From: Paramoeba atlantica | Lineage: Eukaryota; Protista; Discosea | Length of the DNA: 64,000 nt | NCBI GenBank assembly: GCA_977017575.1 | Contig: CDRNVI010000052.1 | Location: 62,001 to 126,000, forward strand | Direction: 5' to 3' | Shown here: one piece after another, positions 20,816-30,758 of the stretch | Layout: each line of letters starts with the position of its first letter | Numbering within the stretch: position 1 is the stretch's first letter | Made by a program: the position numbers and the translations under genes | Notes under the pieces: model-generated | The model's database searches: none | The model's input: the letters and a program-made list of their open reading frames with translations, nothing else | What the model was told of the DNA's origin: nothing

Positions 20816-23069
20816 ATGTTGCAGCGCACAATTAAACATGTGGCTCGACACATGCGAAAATTGAATTTCTCGGAGAGGCCGAATCGTCCTCGAGAGGATC
20901 GGTCTCATACGTCAAACAGAGAATTCTCTCGTTCAAAGCAAAACGCTGGCACCGGAAAGGCAAGGTCGCCCAACAAAAACCAAGCCGATCATGAGTTCAT
21001 GTCTCGTCCTCTTTCATCCACTTACCTTAAACGCGCTTCTCCTTACACCAGAACGGAGGATGGAGGAGCCATACGAGACATTCCACTAACCTACGAGCCG
21101 TACGAAAAGGAAAAGTACATGCGATTCGACCATCCACTGCGTCGATGTCCCTCCGAGGAGTCACGCAATGTGCCACTGGACATCGAAGAGGACAACGTTT
21201 TCTCCAACGAAAAAGCGGAGGATTTTCGTGAGCCGGACCCCCAAGTCAAGCCTCTTCAGGCGAAATCCAGTCGCCGTAAAGCCCGACAGCAACATAGCAC
21301 AGAGCAACGAGACTCGGCTAAAAAACGACTACAGGACTTAGTTCAAAAACCAGCGTACGCATCCCAGGCAGTGGAGCGCAGAGCGCAATCGCAAAAGCTT
21401 GCGGAGGACGTGATGTGGCCCGGCACCGTACTCCGTGACCCCTACGGTCATGTCATTCAGCACCTCGCCACCCTCAACGGAAACCCTGGATACCGCAACC
21501 GGCGGCGTACCTTTGTAGTCACCGGGAGGAGAGTGATTGAGGATATTGCCAACCGCATGAAAATCTTTCCGGAATTACTTGTGGTGGATGCCAAGAAGCC
21601 GCTTCCGGCGATTTCAAAAAAGGAAATGAATGGGGAAATCGTGAAGGCAACGGCCCGAGCGATGAGAGCCATAGACCCCGGCCACGATGGCTACATTGGG
21701 GAATACAATATCCCACCCTGCGCTCCAAAGGAGCTTTTGTTTGCCTCCCCTCGACAAATGACCAACTGGATAGTCCTGGATAACATTGCGGATCCCGGCA
21801 CCCTTGGAAATCTACTCCGTACTGCTACTGCATTTGCTTACGATGCGGTTGTGATGACGAATCACTGTGCTGACTTTTTCGATAACCGGACGGTACGTGC
21901 CGCCCGTGGGGTTCATTTTCAGAAACTCACCCAATTTATAGTTCTCAAAGAAGAGGATGGGGATGACACCAGTGAGTTATTCAACCAAATGCTGGAGCAC
22001 CACCATGCACAGCCTTGGGTATACAGCCCCACATTTGACTCGAAAACTGCAGAATTGCTTCGTGCATCCTCTTTACCGGATGACCCAACAAAATCACACT
22101 CCCCACCTTCTTCCTCTGACATCCTGCAACCCCCCACGCGTCCTCTTCCCGTCGCCACACTCTCCGAGGTTCGTCAAACCATGGTCCAGCGCGACCTCCT
22201 TCTCTCCAACCCCAACCCCCCCTCCCCCCTGCATCACCCCCACCCCTCCCCCCTCCACCCCACCCGACACATCCCCTGTCTCGCCTCCAGCAACGCCCTC
22301 TTCCTCGGCGACGACAAAGCCCAAACCCTCCTCCCTAAACTCTCCACCCGACTACGCACCCCACCCACACGCATCACCCTGCTCGAGGAACCCCTCCCTT
22401 TTACTTTTACCTCTTCTTATTCTTCTACTCCTTCTTCCCCCCACCATGACCCACCCCCCCTCGAGCCCCTCCCCCTCCTCCCCGCCGCCGCCATCCTCCT
22501 CTACAACATGCGGCACACCCACAAGTGGGAACGGCTCAACCCCACCGAGGCCGCTGCCCTGTCCCCCACGACCCCGTCGGCGGCTGAGGCCCAGCGTGCC
22601 TTCATGCCCCCCGGCCCGCTGGGGACCCCGGAGCCCAACCTCGTGGGGGGGGGTCGAGGTGCGGGGGCTGTATGAGGGGATCCAGGCCGCGCGGGTGGGG
22701 CGGCGGCTGGGGCGGTGGGCGCGTGGGGATGAGGAGAGGTGGGAGGACGGGGAGGTGGCACGGATACGGCAGGGGGCGGTGCGGCATAGGGCGTGGATGG
22801 AGGGGGCGGTGGGGGGGGAGGGGATGCAGAGGGGGGAGGGGGGAGGAGAGGATGCAGAGGGGGGAAAGGAGGGGGAGGGGGGAGGGGATCCGTATGGGTA
22901 TGAGGTTGAGGGGAAACGATCGGGTGGGGATAAGGTGGGGTATCCGGATTATGTAAAGGATACGTTGCCACGACCGTATAGTCGGGAGGATGTACGAGAG
23001 GATGCGATGAAAAGGATGACGTACCGCAGGCCTTCGGTCTATGGGAAACTTGTGGGAAATCGGAGGTGA
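20816..23069 (+). CDS. SpoU/TrmH-family RNA methyltransferase-like protein (likely mitochondrial), apparent frameshift at the G9 run 22645-22653
   Basis: VLDNIADPGTLGNLLRTA..DNRTVRAARG (SPOUT motif 1) and LPAAAILLYNM (motif 3 region); removing one G joins the ORF to VEVRGLYEG...YPDYVKDTLPRPYSREDVREDAMKRMTYRRPSVYGKLVGNRR*. Confidence 0.75.
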
Positions 23070-23216
23070 GGAAACTTGGTTGGGTGATTTTGTTGTTGTT
23101 TTCTTTTGCAAAATTGTGTCTTGTACAAGGTAATAGATTTTAAAACGATGCTGGTTTACTCCTATCTTCTGCAAAATTATACACGTGTTACATTTTTTTT
23201 CTTTTTTTATTAACGT

Positions 23217-24281
23217 ATGGGCGAGGTACCTCGACCTAGCCTAGAAGGACTTCTAGATGCGAAGGCTCCGAAATGGATTTTCGTCGGAGGCAAAGGAGGG
23301 GTTGGGAAGACAACGACAAGCTGTGCGCTCTCATGCCTCCTTGCGTGGACGCCGTTGCGCAACGAGGAAAGCAAAGAGTCGAGAAAACGGCGGGTTCTCA
23401 TTATTTCCACCGATCCCGCTCACAACTTAAGCGATGCTTTTGGGCAGCCCTTTTCAAAGACTCCCACGGCTGTCAAGGGGTTGGAAAATTTACACGCGAT
23501 TGAAATTGACCCCAGCGCACTTACGAAAGACAAGGATTACTTTGCGGATTGGCACTCCAAGGAGAACGACTCGGTGGATTCCACCCAAGGTACTTTTCGT
23601 AATCTTTTCGGGGTTCTGCAAAATGCAGCCGCGTCGTTTCCTGGAATTGATGAGGTCACTGTTTTTGCGGAGTTAATGCGAGAAGTCCAGCAGTTGAACT
23701 ACGACACAGTTGTGTTTGACACGGCGCCTACCGGACACACCCTTCGTCTATTGGCGTTGCCCCATACATTAGCCGACGCGCTAGACCGCCTGCTGGATTT
23801 GCAAGGCATGACTACATTATTAAATGCTGCTTCTCAGTTCATGGGAAATGCCACCGATATGAGCGCAGGCACTTTTACGGAAAAGGTCCAGCACTGGCGG
23901 GGGCAAATCAAGGAGATCCAACAGCGGTTCACGAACCATGAGGAGACCACATTCGTGTGTGTTTGTATTCCGGAATTTTTGTCTGTGTACGAGACAGAGC
24001 GATTGATTCAAGAATTGGCAAAGTATGACATTGCGTGTGACCACGTGGTCGTGAACCAGCTTGTGCGAAGACCAAAAAACGAGTCACCGTGTCGTATGTG
24101 CGATGCGCGGGTACGCATACAGAGTAAGTACTTGGAAGAAATTACGGAATTGTATGAAGATTTTCACATAGTGCAAATGCCGCTTATGTGTGATGAAGTT
24201 CGCGGAGTCGAGAGCTTAAGTCTTTTTGGCAAATACCTTCTCACTCCATACAACCCTGACCGTGACGGCTATCTTATGTAG
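23217..24281 (+). CDS. GET3: ArsA/GET3 (TRC40) tail-anchored protein targeting ATPase
   Basis: GGKGGVGKTT, STDPAHNLSDAF, PGIDE, DTAPTGHTLRLL, PEFLSVYETERL, CRMC. Confidence 0.95.
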   Translation: MGEVPRPSLEGLLDAKAPKWIFVGGKGGVGKTTTSCALSCLLAWTPLRNEESKESRKRRVLIISTDPAHNLSDAFGQPFSKTPTAVKGLENLHAIEIDPSALTKDKDYFADWHSKENDSVDSTQGTFRNLFGVLQNAAASFPGIDEVTVFAELMREVQQLNYDTVVFDTAPTGHTLRLLALPHTLADALDRLLDLQGMTTLLNAASQFMGNATDMSAGTFTEKVQHWRGQIKEIQQRFTNHEETTFVCVCIPEFLSVYETERLIQELAKYDIACDHVVVNQLVRRPKNESPCRMCDARVRIQSKYLEEITELYEDFHIVQMPLMCDEVRGVESLSLFGKYLLTPYNPDRDGYLM

Positions 24282-24493
24282 AAGTTACTTGTGTATTAGT
24301 GTCACAATAGCGTTTTTCAGTGGAATGAACTGTCTTGGATTGTGTTTTTGCTAGCTTTCATTCTTAACTCTGGAGGCATTAAGTAAACATAAGAATTGAT
24401 AGAAAATTGCTATTCCATCAACGCTAAACTTATTTCTAATTTATCACCAGAAATGTTCAACATTTATTTAAATCTCGACCAACGAACAAAGAA

Positions 24494-25063
24494 ATGCTTG
24501 GGAGTCATGGGGGGTGGCATCCCATGAGCATGGCCGACTTAGCTGGGATTCTACTACAGTATATTTTAGCATTGTTTTCTTGTGCCGTTATTTTTAAAAT
24601 GTCTTCTTTTACATTTAGTCCGCAACTAACACTGCGATCATTCAGCCGGCGCGTGTCGGCACAACGTCTTGCTGCAGAGGACGCTCCACCGATTGTTCGC
24701 CCTGGCAAAGTACGAGCGAACTTGCCCCAAGAGTACGATCTTTCCAGATTTGTTGAGCTCATTTCTAGTCCACATTCTTCTTGGAACGTTTCTTTGCCAG
24801 CGTGTGATTGGTATGGTGTTATTTGTGACAAGGCACGATACGTTACGGAGATGCAGTGGCGTAATTACAAACTTCTGGGATCACTCCGTTGGGATTTTTT
24901 ACCCAGAACGGTACTACATTTCAATGTGTGGGATAACAAGCTCAAAGGGACAATTCCATTCGACGCGATGCCACCACACCTTCGTAGTCTTCGTGTACAG
25001 TGTAACCTTTTTACAGGCCAGCCGGATTTAAGTCATTTGCTACGCAAATTGATCATACTTGAT
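24494..25063 (+). pseudogene. LRR protein gene, 5' part, interrupted by retrotransposon (likely start 24599)
   Basis: SWNVSLPACDWYGVICD cap and LRRs ending ...LSHLLRKLIILD at 25063. Confidence 0.85.
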
Positions 25064-25089
25064 AAAGATACAGTTTCTGTACCTTGTTG
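25062..25089 (+). other. Spliced-leader (mini-exon) remnant, about nt 12/14-39
   Basis: GATACAGTTTCTGTAC (25067-25082) is identical to nt 17-32 of the Trypanosoma cruzi SL; TTG falls at SL positions 37-39; not followed by a GT donor. Confidence 0.8.
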
Positions 25090-28000
25090 ATTTGTACTAA
25101 CTGTTATCCTCCCCTACTGGGGCATGGCACTTCCCCCCTCCACCTCTGCCCCCCAAGCGCAAAGCGACGTCCCTCGAGGATCTGCTGGCGCAAAATCATC
25201 GCGTAAGCACAGCTTCCACTTCACTCAGCAGCGCGCAATACCGATTAAAATCAGACACTCGACTTCCTCGCTTTGGATATACTTCTCCGATATTCACGCG
25301 GCGGCCTCCTTCCTTACTGAAAAGAAACACTTTAATACAGAAATCACAGCGGAGCTTTCCTTGGCACGCACTTTGGATACTGGAGCGAAGAGAACCGATG
25401 GTATTCTAATCGAGAAATGTACCTTACAAGAAGTGATGGACGAAGAAGCTTGTGAACACTTTGTGTTCAAAGAAACTGCGCCGCCCCACCGCATTTTTCG
25501 ACACGCCAGCTGGACCGCGGCGCACGCAGACGAAGTCCTGAATCTCAGCCAACAATACTCTTGCCCTGGCACACTCGGTAGGGCGATTAAGAAGAAACTG
25601 GCTGGTCACGATATCCCAGGATTGGCATCCTTCGACATAACCCACGTATCGCAGAGGGAACAGACGTCCGACGAAATCCCTTGGGAAAATCCCAAGATCT
25701 CGTATGATGAGCCACTCGCAATTCGCGCGCCGAGGCAACCGAATGATTCTCGAGGAACACGGTCGTTACGTACGCAGCCGTGCGCGCACCGATGCCTAAA
25801 CAAACTAACATGTCTCCATCCATGCTGTAAAGTGGGCATTGAATCCGAACCCATTCCCGACCCTGCCTCCGATCCGAACGCGCTCCAGCTCGGTGAAGCA
25901 GGTTCCATGGTTGACGCTTCGCCACATTCAACAGCGTCCAGACGACCTGAGTCCACGCGTTCGCAGCCGTGCGCACACCGATGCCTAAGCAAACGAACAT
26001 GTCTACATCCGTGCTGTAAAGTGGGCATTGAACCCGAGCCTATTACCGACCCTGCCTCCGATCTGAATGCTCGTCAGCTCGTTGAAGCGGCTCCTACTGC
26101 TCTAGTAGCAGTGCAGCAAACAGCCTCCAGACCTGGGTATACGCTCTCACAGCCCTGCGCGTATCGATGTCTAAACAAACTAACATGCCTTCACCCATGT
26201 TGCAAAATAGGCGGTGAATGTGATCCGGCCTCTCAAGCAGGCACGCACCGACCCACGGGAACGATTCAGAGTCCCCACACCGACTCGACACAACTACGAG
26301 ATGAGCCACACCAGACTATGTACAGCACAACAAGGCGGCCATGCAAGCATGTCTGTCGGGACAAACAGAATTGCAAACATGGATGTTGCAAAGTTGGCGT
26401 GCTGGTCGATAGTTCTACACCCACCGACCCCAGTAGACCTGGAATTCCACATAATGAAACCTATGTTGCCTCCACTCGTGATCTGCACGCGCAGCACATA
26501 CAGCCAACATCTGCAAGGAAAATTTCTGACACATCTACGGTACCGGAGGGGGAAGAATCCTCGCACAGACCCTGCAAACACCTGTGCCACAACAAGGAAG
26601 AATGTAAGCACAAGTGTTGTAAGGAAGGTGTCCAAAGCCCAGTTAAAGATACCCGATCGGGCTCGAGTCGCTGGAGCCTGCGCAATCTTCTTTCATGGGG
26701 CTTCACCACAGGGAGCACGCGTACCAACGAAAACACAGCCCCTGCACGCACAAGGGATGGCCATGCAACCGGATCCGCAGCGCAACGTTACCCCGAGACG
26801 CACAGGAACATGCCACAGGACCAACAGCAAGCCGAAACGACCGCACATCACACACAGGCCCGAATAGATGTGATTGAAGAAACCGAGACACAGGTGCAGG
26901 ATACAACACAGCAGGATTTACCACATCATGACACGCAACCAAATAGTATACCGAATGTACGCACGATTCTGCAATCACAACGGATGAGAACGCGCAACGA
27001 TCGTTCAGGAAGCCCAGAAACTGCGGAAGACTTGCTGAGTACCTTGCGTACGATTGAAGGAGGGCGAGTAATGGCTAGTCTTTCTCATGAGCAATGGCAA
27101 CGCGCAATCAAGAAGTCGTTCGAACGATGTGAGAAATACCTTAAACCAGCTGCAACCCCAACTGAAGTACTGCGACATGCCGATTTGTTAACTGCCTGCA
27201 TAGCAGTCTCGGCTTATGAAATCGCGCGGGAGGCTGACCCAACGAAAGGATTCAAGCTACGCTCGACGACTGGCCACACCAAACGTGCTTCACGACCTCT
27301 CAGCTACGATCGCTCAGCAAAGGAACTTTCTGGACATATCCGCCAATTAAAACGTACCCTCTCTTACACACACGGCCGCTCGGAAAGAGATCGCCTGATA
27401 CGCAACATAAAAGAAGCCACGAAAGCCCGCAACCTCTACACAGAAGAAGCAAATCTCCTGCGACGTGAAAGGGAGAAAAGATGGGTGACGGACAGATTTC
27501 AACGGAACCCCTGGACGGCAGGAGGGGAATGCCTCGACAATAACGAGAAGATGCGAAAACAGCCAACGATTTTCCCGAATTGTCCACAGGCAGTTATTGA
27601 AACGTTCTTCAAGGACACACTAAGCATTGGCAACGAAACCCACACTCTACCCCCCACTGATCTTCTTGGCGCTGGAAACGAAAGCGAAATGAAGTGGGAA
27701 GATATTGACGTGCAAACCATAGCCGCGGCTATCTCCTCCAAGCGACCGTCCGCTGCACCAGGTCCTGACACCATAAGTAACGCCTTCCTCCGACGCTGCA
27801 CTGAGCTGTACCCCTTCATCGCCCAAGTATTCAACGACCTACTCAAACACCCCGTAGGTCCAACCCACTGGAAACAAGCGGTGACTCGACTCATCCACAA
27901 AGGGGGGGCTACGGATAAACTGTCGAACTGGCGCCCTATCAGCCTGACCAGCTGTCTGGGGAAGCTACTCCACTCAATCATAGGACACAAACTTCTGAGT

Positions 28001-30076
28001 CACGCTGTCAGCACAGGGATCATCGACACGACCATACAAAAAGGCTTTCTCCCCAATGTCAATGGAACCATCGAACACACGCAAGCGCTTTGTGAACTGC
28101 TGGATTTTCAGAGGCAGCACAAACGGCAATACTGCTTGGGTCAATTCGACCTGAAAAACGCCTTTGGTTCTCTTCCACACTCGATCCTCTTCCAAGTATT
28201 ACAATGGGCAAAGGTGTCGCCGATTATCATCGAATATGTTCACTCCCTCTATACCAGTGCTTCTCTCCGAGTCAAGTGTGCTGAGGGGTTGACTAACCAC
28301 ATTCCCGTTGAACGAGGCGTTCTTCAAGGCGACACCCTATCTCCTGTGCTATTCAACCTTGCGATGGAGGTAGTTTTAAGGTACCTTCGATCCAGCTTTC
28401 CAGGATATGGCATCACATGGGGCGGGCAAGAATCATTCCTTAAGGCGTTTGCGGACGACCTTGCCGTCATTACCAAATCACCCGAAGAAATGCAGCATGT
28501 TACTAACGCCCTGGTAAAGGTGCTCGCCAGATTAGGCATGCGGCTAAATGTACAGAAATGTCGGCTTCAGTATATGGCTGTAGCGGATGGAGGATACAAA
28601 ACCCACAGACCGCGCATCCGTGCCGGCGGCGAAAGCATACCCCACGTTTGCGACAAAGGCAGTCAGTTTCTGGGCATGACGCTAGCGCCTGGAGCCCAAC
28701 AAGGGAAAGTGTTGTTCAAGAGTCTCCGTACACAACTACGCCACTGGCTTACCAACGTATCTGAAAGTGCCATGGATACGCCCGCCCGCCTCTGGGTCTA
28801 CAATAACGTCATTATTTCCCGTCTACGCTACGTTCTGACGGTAAATCCGGGAATCACACTGAATTTCATCCTGCGGCTGCAAAAGCTTGCGACTACACAC
28901 ATTCGGAAATGGGTGAATATGGCCAAAACTGCAACCAGCGAACTTCTCTATTCTGAGCGGGGGTGGGCCTTAACTAGTTTCTCAAAGCTGTGGATACTCT
29001 GCACGAGTACACTGGTCGAGCAAATGCAGAAATCACGTGACCCGGCTGTGCAACAGGCTTTAAGACACCGCATCCGCAGGGAACTGCACAAGCGCTCAAC
29101 GGGACACGTCCAACCAGTAGTTGAACTGTACGACCGACGAGAAGACCGTGTGGCGACACGGCGGTTCATTGAGAGTGAATACGAGCGACACCTTTCCGAA
29201 TCCGTGCAACGACGGGCTCCCATAGCGGCACAGTGGTTCCGTATGGCCACTGAGGACGAACTTGCGAAAGACTTTGCTGCTGCGGTATGTAACATCAACA
29301 GTGAGGCACTCTCCCGGTTTACTGCATCTGTGTTGACCCAAACACCACTACCTACTCGTTCAGCACTGCGTCGTTGGGGTCTAAGTACGCACACGGACAC
29401 AAAGTGTCCCATTTGCAAAGAGGAGGTGCAGACAGTTCGACATGTCCTCACAGGGTGCAAGGTGGCCCTTGAACAGGGCCGCTACACGTTCCGCCATGAT
29501 CTTATACTCCACGCTATCGCAGATGCCGTAAGAGCATCCCCAGAAACAGCGCAGTACCACTTTGATCTTTCTCTTTACCGAAACCCCCCAACATGGCTAA
29601 GTCAACAGGACACGGCCCTTAGACCTGATGGGTGGATCAAGCTACATAATGGTACTGAGTTCATACTTGAGCTCACTTCTCCGTGGGAGGAAAACTTTTT
29701 ATCCTCACATGAGCGGAAAGTGCGGAAGTACGGGAATCTGTTTCTCGAAAGGAAAATGACTAACCCGGCAACCTTTCTTCTTGTCATCGAAGTGGGGGCC
29801 AGAGGGAAGCTCAACTCCTCTACGCGAGCGCTCAACTCACTTTTCGGAGGTAACAAGGCCACCGCCTCGCAATGTCGACAGAAGCTTGTCAAAAGAGCAA
29901 TACGAGGAAGTTTCGCGATTTTTCAAAACCGCGATAACCCGAGCTGGACGGAAGCCAGCATATAGCGATGATGAAAAGCTTAAGGGAAACCCGTTTTGTG
30001 CGGGGTTTATGCATGATCTACGTGTATTTCTCTTAGGTGACAATCTCTGCAGTCATACTGCATGATAAACAAAATA
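25064..30076 (+). mobile_element. Full-length RLE-type non-LTR retrotransposon (R2 group, HERO/NeSL/R4-like)
   Basis: Single intact ORF, about 110-nt 3' UTR ending tgataaacaaaata; the flanks rejoin into an in-frame LRR; no clear TSD. Confidence 0.9.
25124..29965 (+). CDS. Retrotransposon ORF: 5 Cys/His zinc fingers + RT + CCHC knuckle + restriction-like endonuclease
   Basis: SAAPGPDTI, NWRPISLTS, QKGFLP, FDLKNAFGS, GVLQGDTLSPVLFNL, AFADDL, FLG; CPICKEEVQTVRHVLTGC; GRYTFRHD; RPDG..ELTSPWE..KVRKY. Confidence 0.95.
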   Translation: MALPPSTSAPQAQSDVPRGSAGAKSSRKHSFHFTQQRAIPIKIRHSTSSLWIYFSDIHAAASFLTEKKHFNTEITAELSLARTLDTGAKRTDGILIEKCTLQEVMDEEACEHFVFKETAPPHRIFRHASWTAAHADEVLNLSQQYSCPGTLGRAIKKKLAGHDIPGLASFDITHVSQREQTSDEIPWENPKISYDEPLAIRAPRQPNDSRGTRSLRTQPCAHRCLNKLTCLHPCCKVGIESEPIPDPASDPNALQLGEAGSMVDASPHSTASRRPESTRSQPCAHRCLSKRTCLHPCCKVGIEPEPITDPASDLNARQLVEAAPTALVAVQQTASRPGYTLSQPCAYRCLNKLTCLHPCCKIGGECDPASQAGTHRPTGTIQSPHTDSTQLRDEPHQTMYSTTRRPCKHVCRDKQNCKHGCCKVGVLVDSSTPTDPSRPGIPHNETYVASTRDLHAQHIQPTSARKISDTSTVPEGEESSHRPCKHLCHNKEECKHKCCKEGVQSPVKDTRSGSSRWSLRNLLSWGFTTGSTRTNENTAPARTRDGHATGSAAQRYPETHRNMPQDQQQAETTAHHTQARIDVIEETETQVQDTTQQDLPHHDTQPNSIPNVRTILQSQRMRTRNDRSGSPETAEDLLSTLRTIEGGRVMASLSHEQWQRAIKKSFERCEKYLKPAATPTEVLRHADLLTACIAVSAYEIAREADPTKGFKLRSTTGHTKRASRPLSYDRSAKELSGHIRQLKRTLSYTHGRSERDRLIRNIKEATKARNLYTEEANLLRREREKRWVTDRFQRNPWTAGGECLDNNEKMRKQPTIFPNCPQAVIETFFKDTLSIGNETHTLPPTDLLGAGNESEMKWEDIDVQTIAAAISSKRPSAAPGPDTISNAFLRRCTELYPFIAQVFNDLLKHPVGPTHWKQAVTRLIHKGGATDKLSNWRPISLTSCLGKLLHSIIGHKLLSHAVSTGIIDTTIQKGFLPNVNGTIEHTQALCELLDFQRQHKRQYCLGQFDLKNAFGSLPHSILFQVLQWAKVSPIIIEYVHSLYTSASLRVKCAEGLTNHIPVERGVLQGDTLSPVLFNLAMEVVLRYLRSSFPGYGITWGGQESFLKAFADDLAVITKSPEEMQHVTNALVKVLARLGMRLNVQKCRLQYMAVADGGYKTHRPRIRAGGESIPHVCDKGSQFLGMTLAPGAQQGKVLFKSLRTQLRHWLTNVSESAMDTPARLWVYNNVIISRLRYVLTVNPGITLNFILRLQKLATTHIRKWVNMAKTATSELLYSERGWALTSFSKLWILCTSTLVEQMQKSRDPAVQQALRHRIRRELHKRSTGHVQPVVELYDRREDRVATRRFIESEYERHLSESVQRRAPIAAQWFRMATEDELAKDFAAAVCNINSEALSRFTASVLTQTPLPTRSALRRWGLSTHTDTKCPICKEEVQTVRHVLTGCKVALEQGRYTFRHDLILHAIADAVRASPETAQYHFDLSLYRNPPTWLSQQDTALRPDGWIKLHNGTEFILELTSPWEENFLSSHERKVRKYGNLFLERKMTNPATFLLVIEVGARGKLNSSTRALNSLFGGNKATASQCRQKLVKRAIRGSFAIFQNRDNPSWTEASI

Positions 30077-30460
30077 CTACATACCAACCGATTTGATGGT
30101 ACTGTAAATATTTCTCATCTGCCACCTAACTTGCGGGATTTAGACATTCATGGCAATAATTTTTCTGGTAAGCTCGACATCACACGGTTGCCACGAAAGA
30201 TGACTTACGTAAATTTCTCGCACAATCGATTCACAGGCCCGCTTCACCTACATCAACTGCCCACATCACTTTTAGTGCTTGACGCAAAAAATAATCTATT
30301 CTCTGGGTTAGTGAAGTTTGACGGTCTTCCTGTTTCATTGCGCTCGTTAAGCCTAGAAAACAATAAGAAGCTTTCCGGTGAATTTAACAAGTCTGATCTT
30401 TCGGAGGATTATAATTTTATTAGTGTAGGTGGTACTGGGATTATAGAATTGGGTCGCTAA
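30077..30460 (+). pseudogene. LRR protein gene, 3' part (continuation of 24494-25063)
   Basis: LHTNRFDGTVNISHLPPNLRDLDIHGNNFSG...; joining 25063 to 30077 restores LIILD-LHTN (LxxLxLxxN). Confidence 0.85.
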
Positions 30461-30758
30461 GTAGTTATTGTATTCCTCTATTTAAGATTTTTTTGATATC
30501 GGGTCGTTTTATTTCGGATCTCAGAACCTTCGCAACTTGACCTCCTATTCACTGTACGAGTATTTCCTCTATTTAAGGGTCAAAATGTCTAAAATATGTA
30601 CCTAAAGTAGTCAGACAGTAAGTTTGTCGCAAATACACGAGTAATAAAATTAGTCCTGAGGTTGAAAGTTATGTCAAGGCACAGGCGCGATCATTATTTT
30701 AATTAATACATACCACTCTTAGGCTTCTCTTGTGAGTAATGAATAACTTTTATTCCTA

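Noticed and set aside
19651-23174. Long antisense and alternative-frame Pro/Gly-rich ORFs (also at 37.3-38.7 kb and 55.1-56.2 kb)
   Set aside because: Stop-codon-poor by-products of extreme C/G skew overlapping real genes. The exception is the 22653-23069 segment, treated as the frameshifted C-terminus.
25095-25156. TACTAAC plus pyrimidine tract plus AG as an internal splice acceptor
   Set aside because: It would remove the first ATG; kinetoplastid branch points are not constrained to TACTAAC; no evidence of use.
29960-30020. Hammerhead-like TGATGA...GAAAC...GTT in the retrotransposon 3' UTR
   Set aside because: Core C3 is missing, stem II is weak and stem I cannot form adjacent to the core; only simple hairpins are supported.
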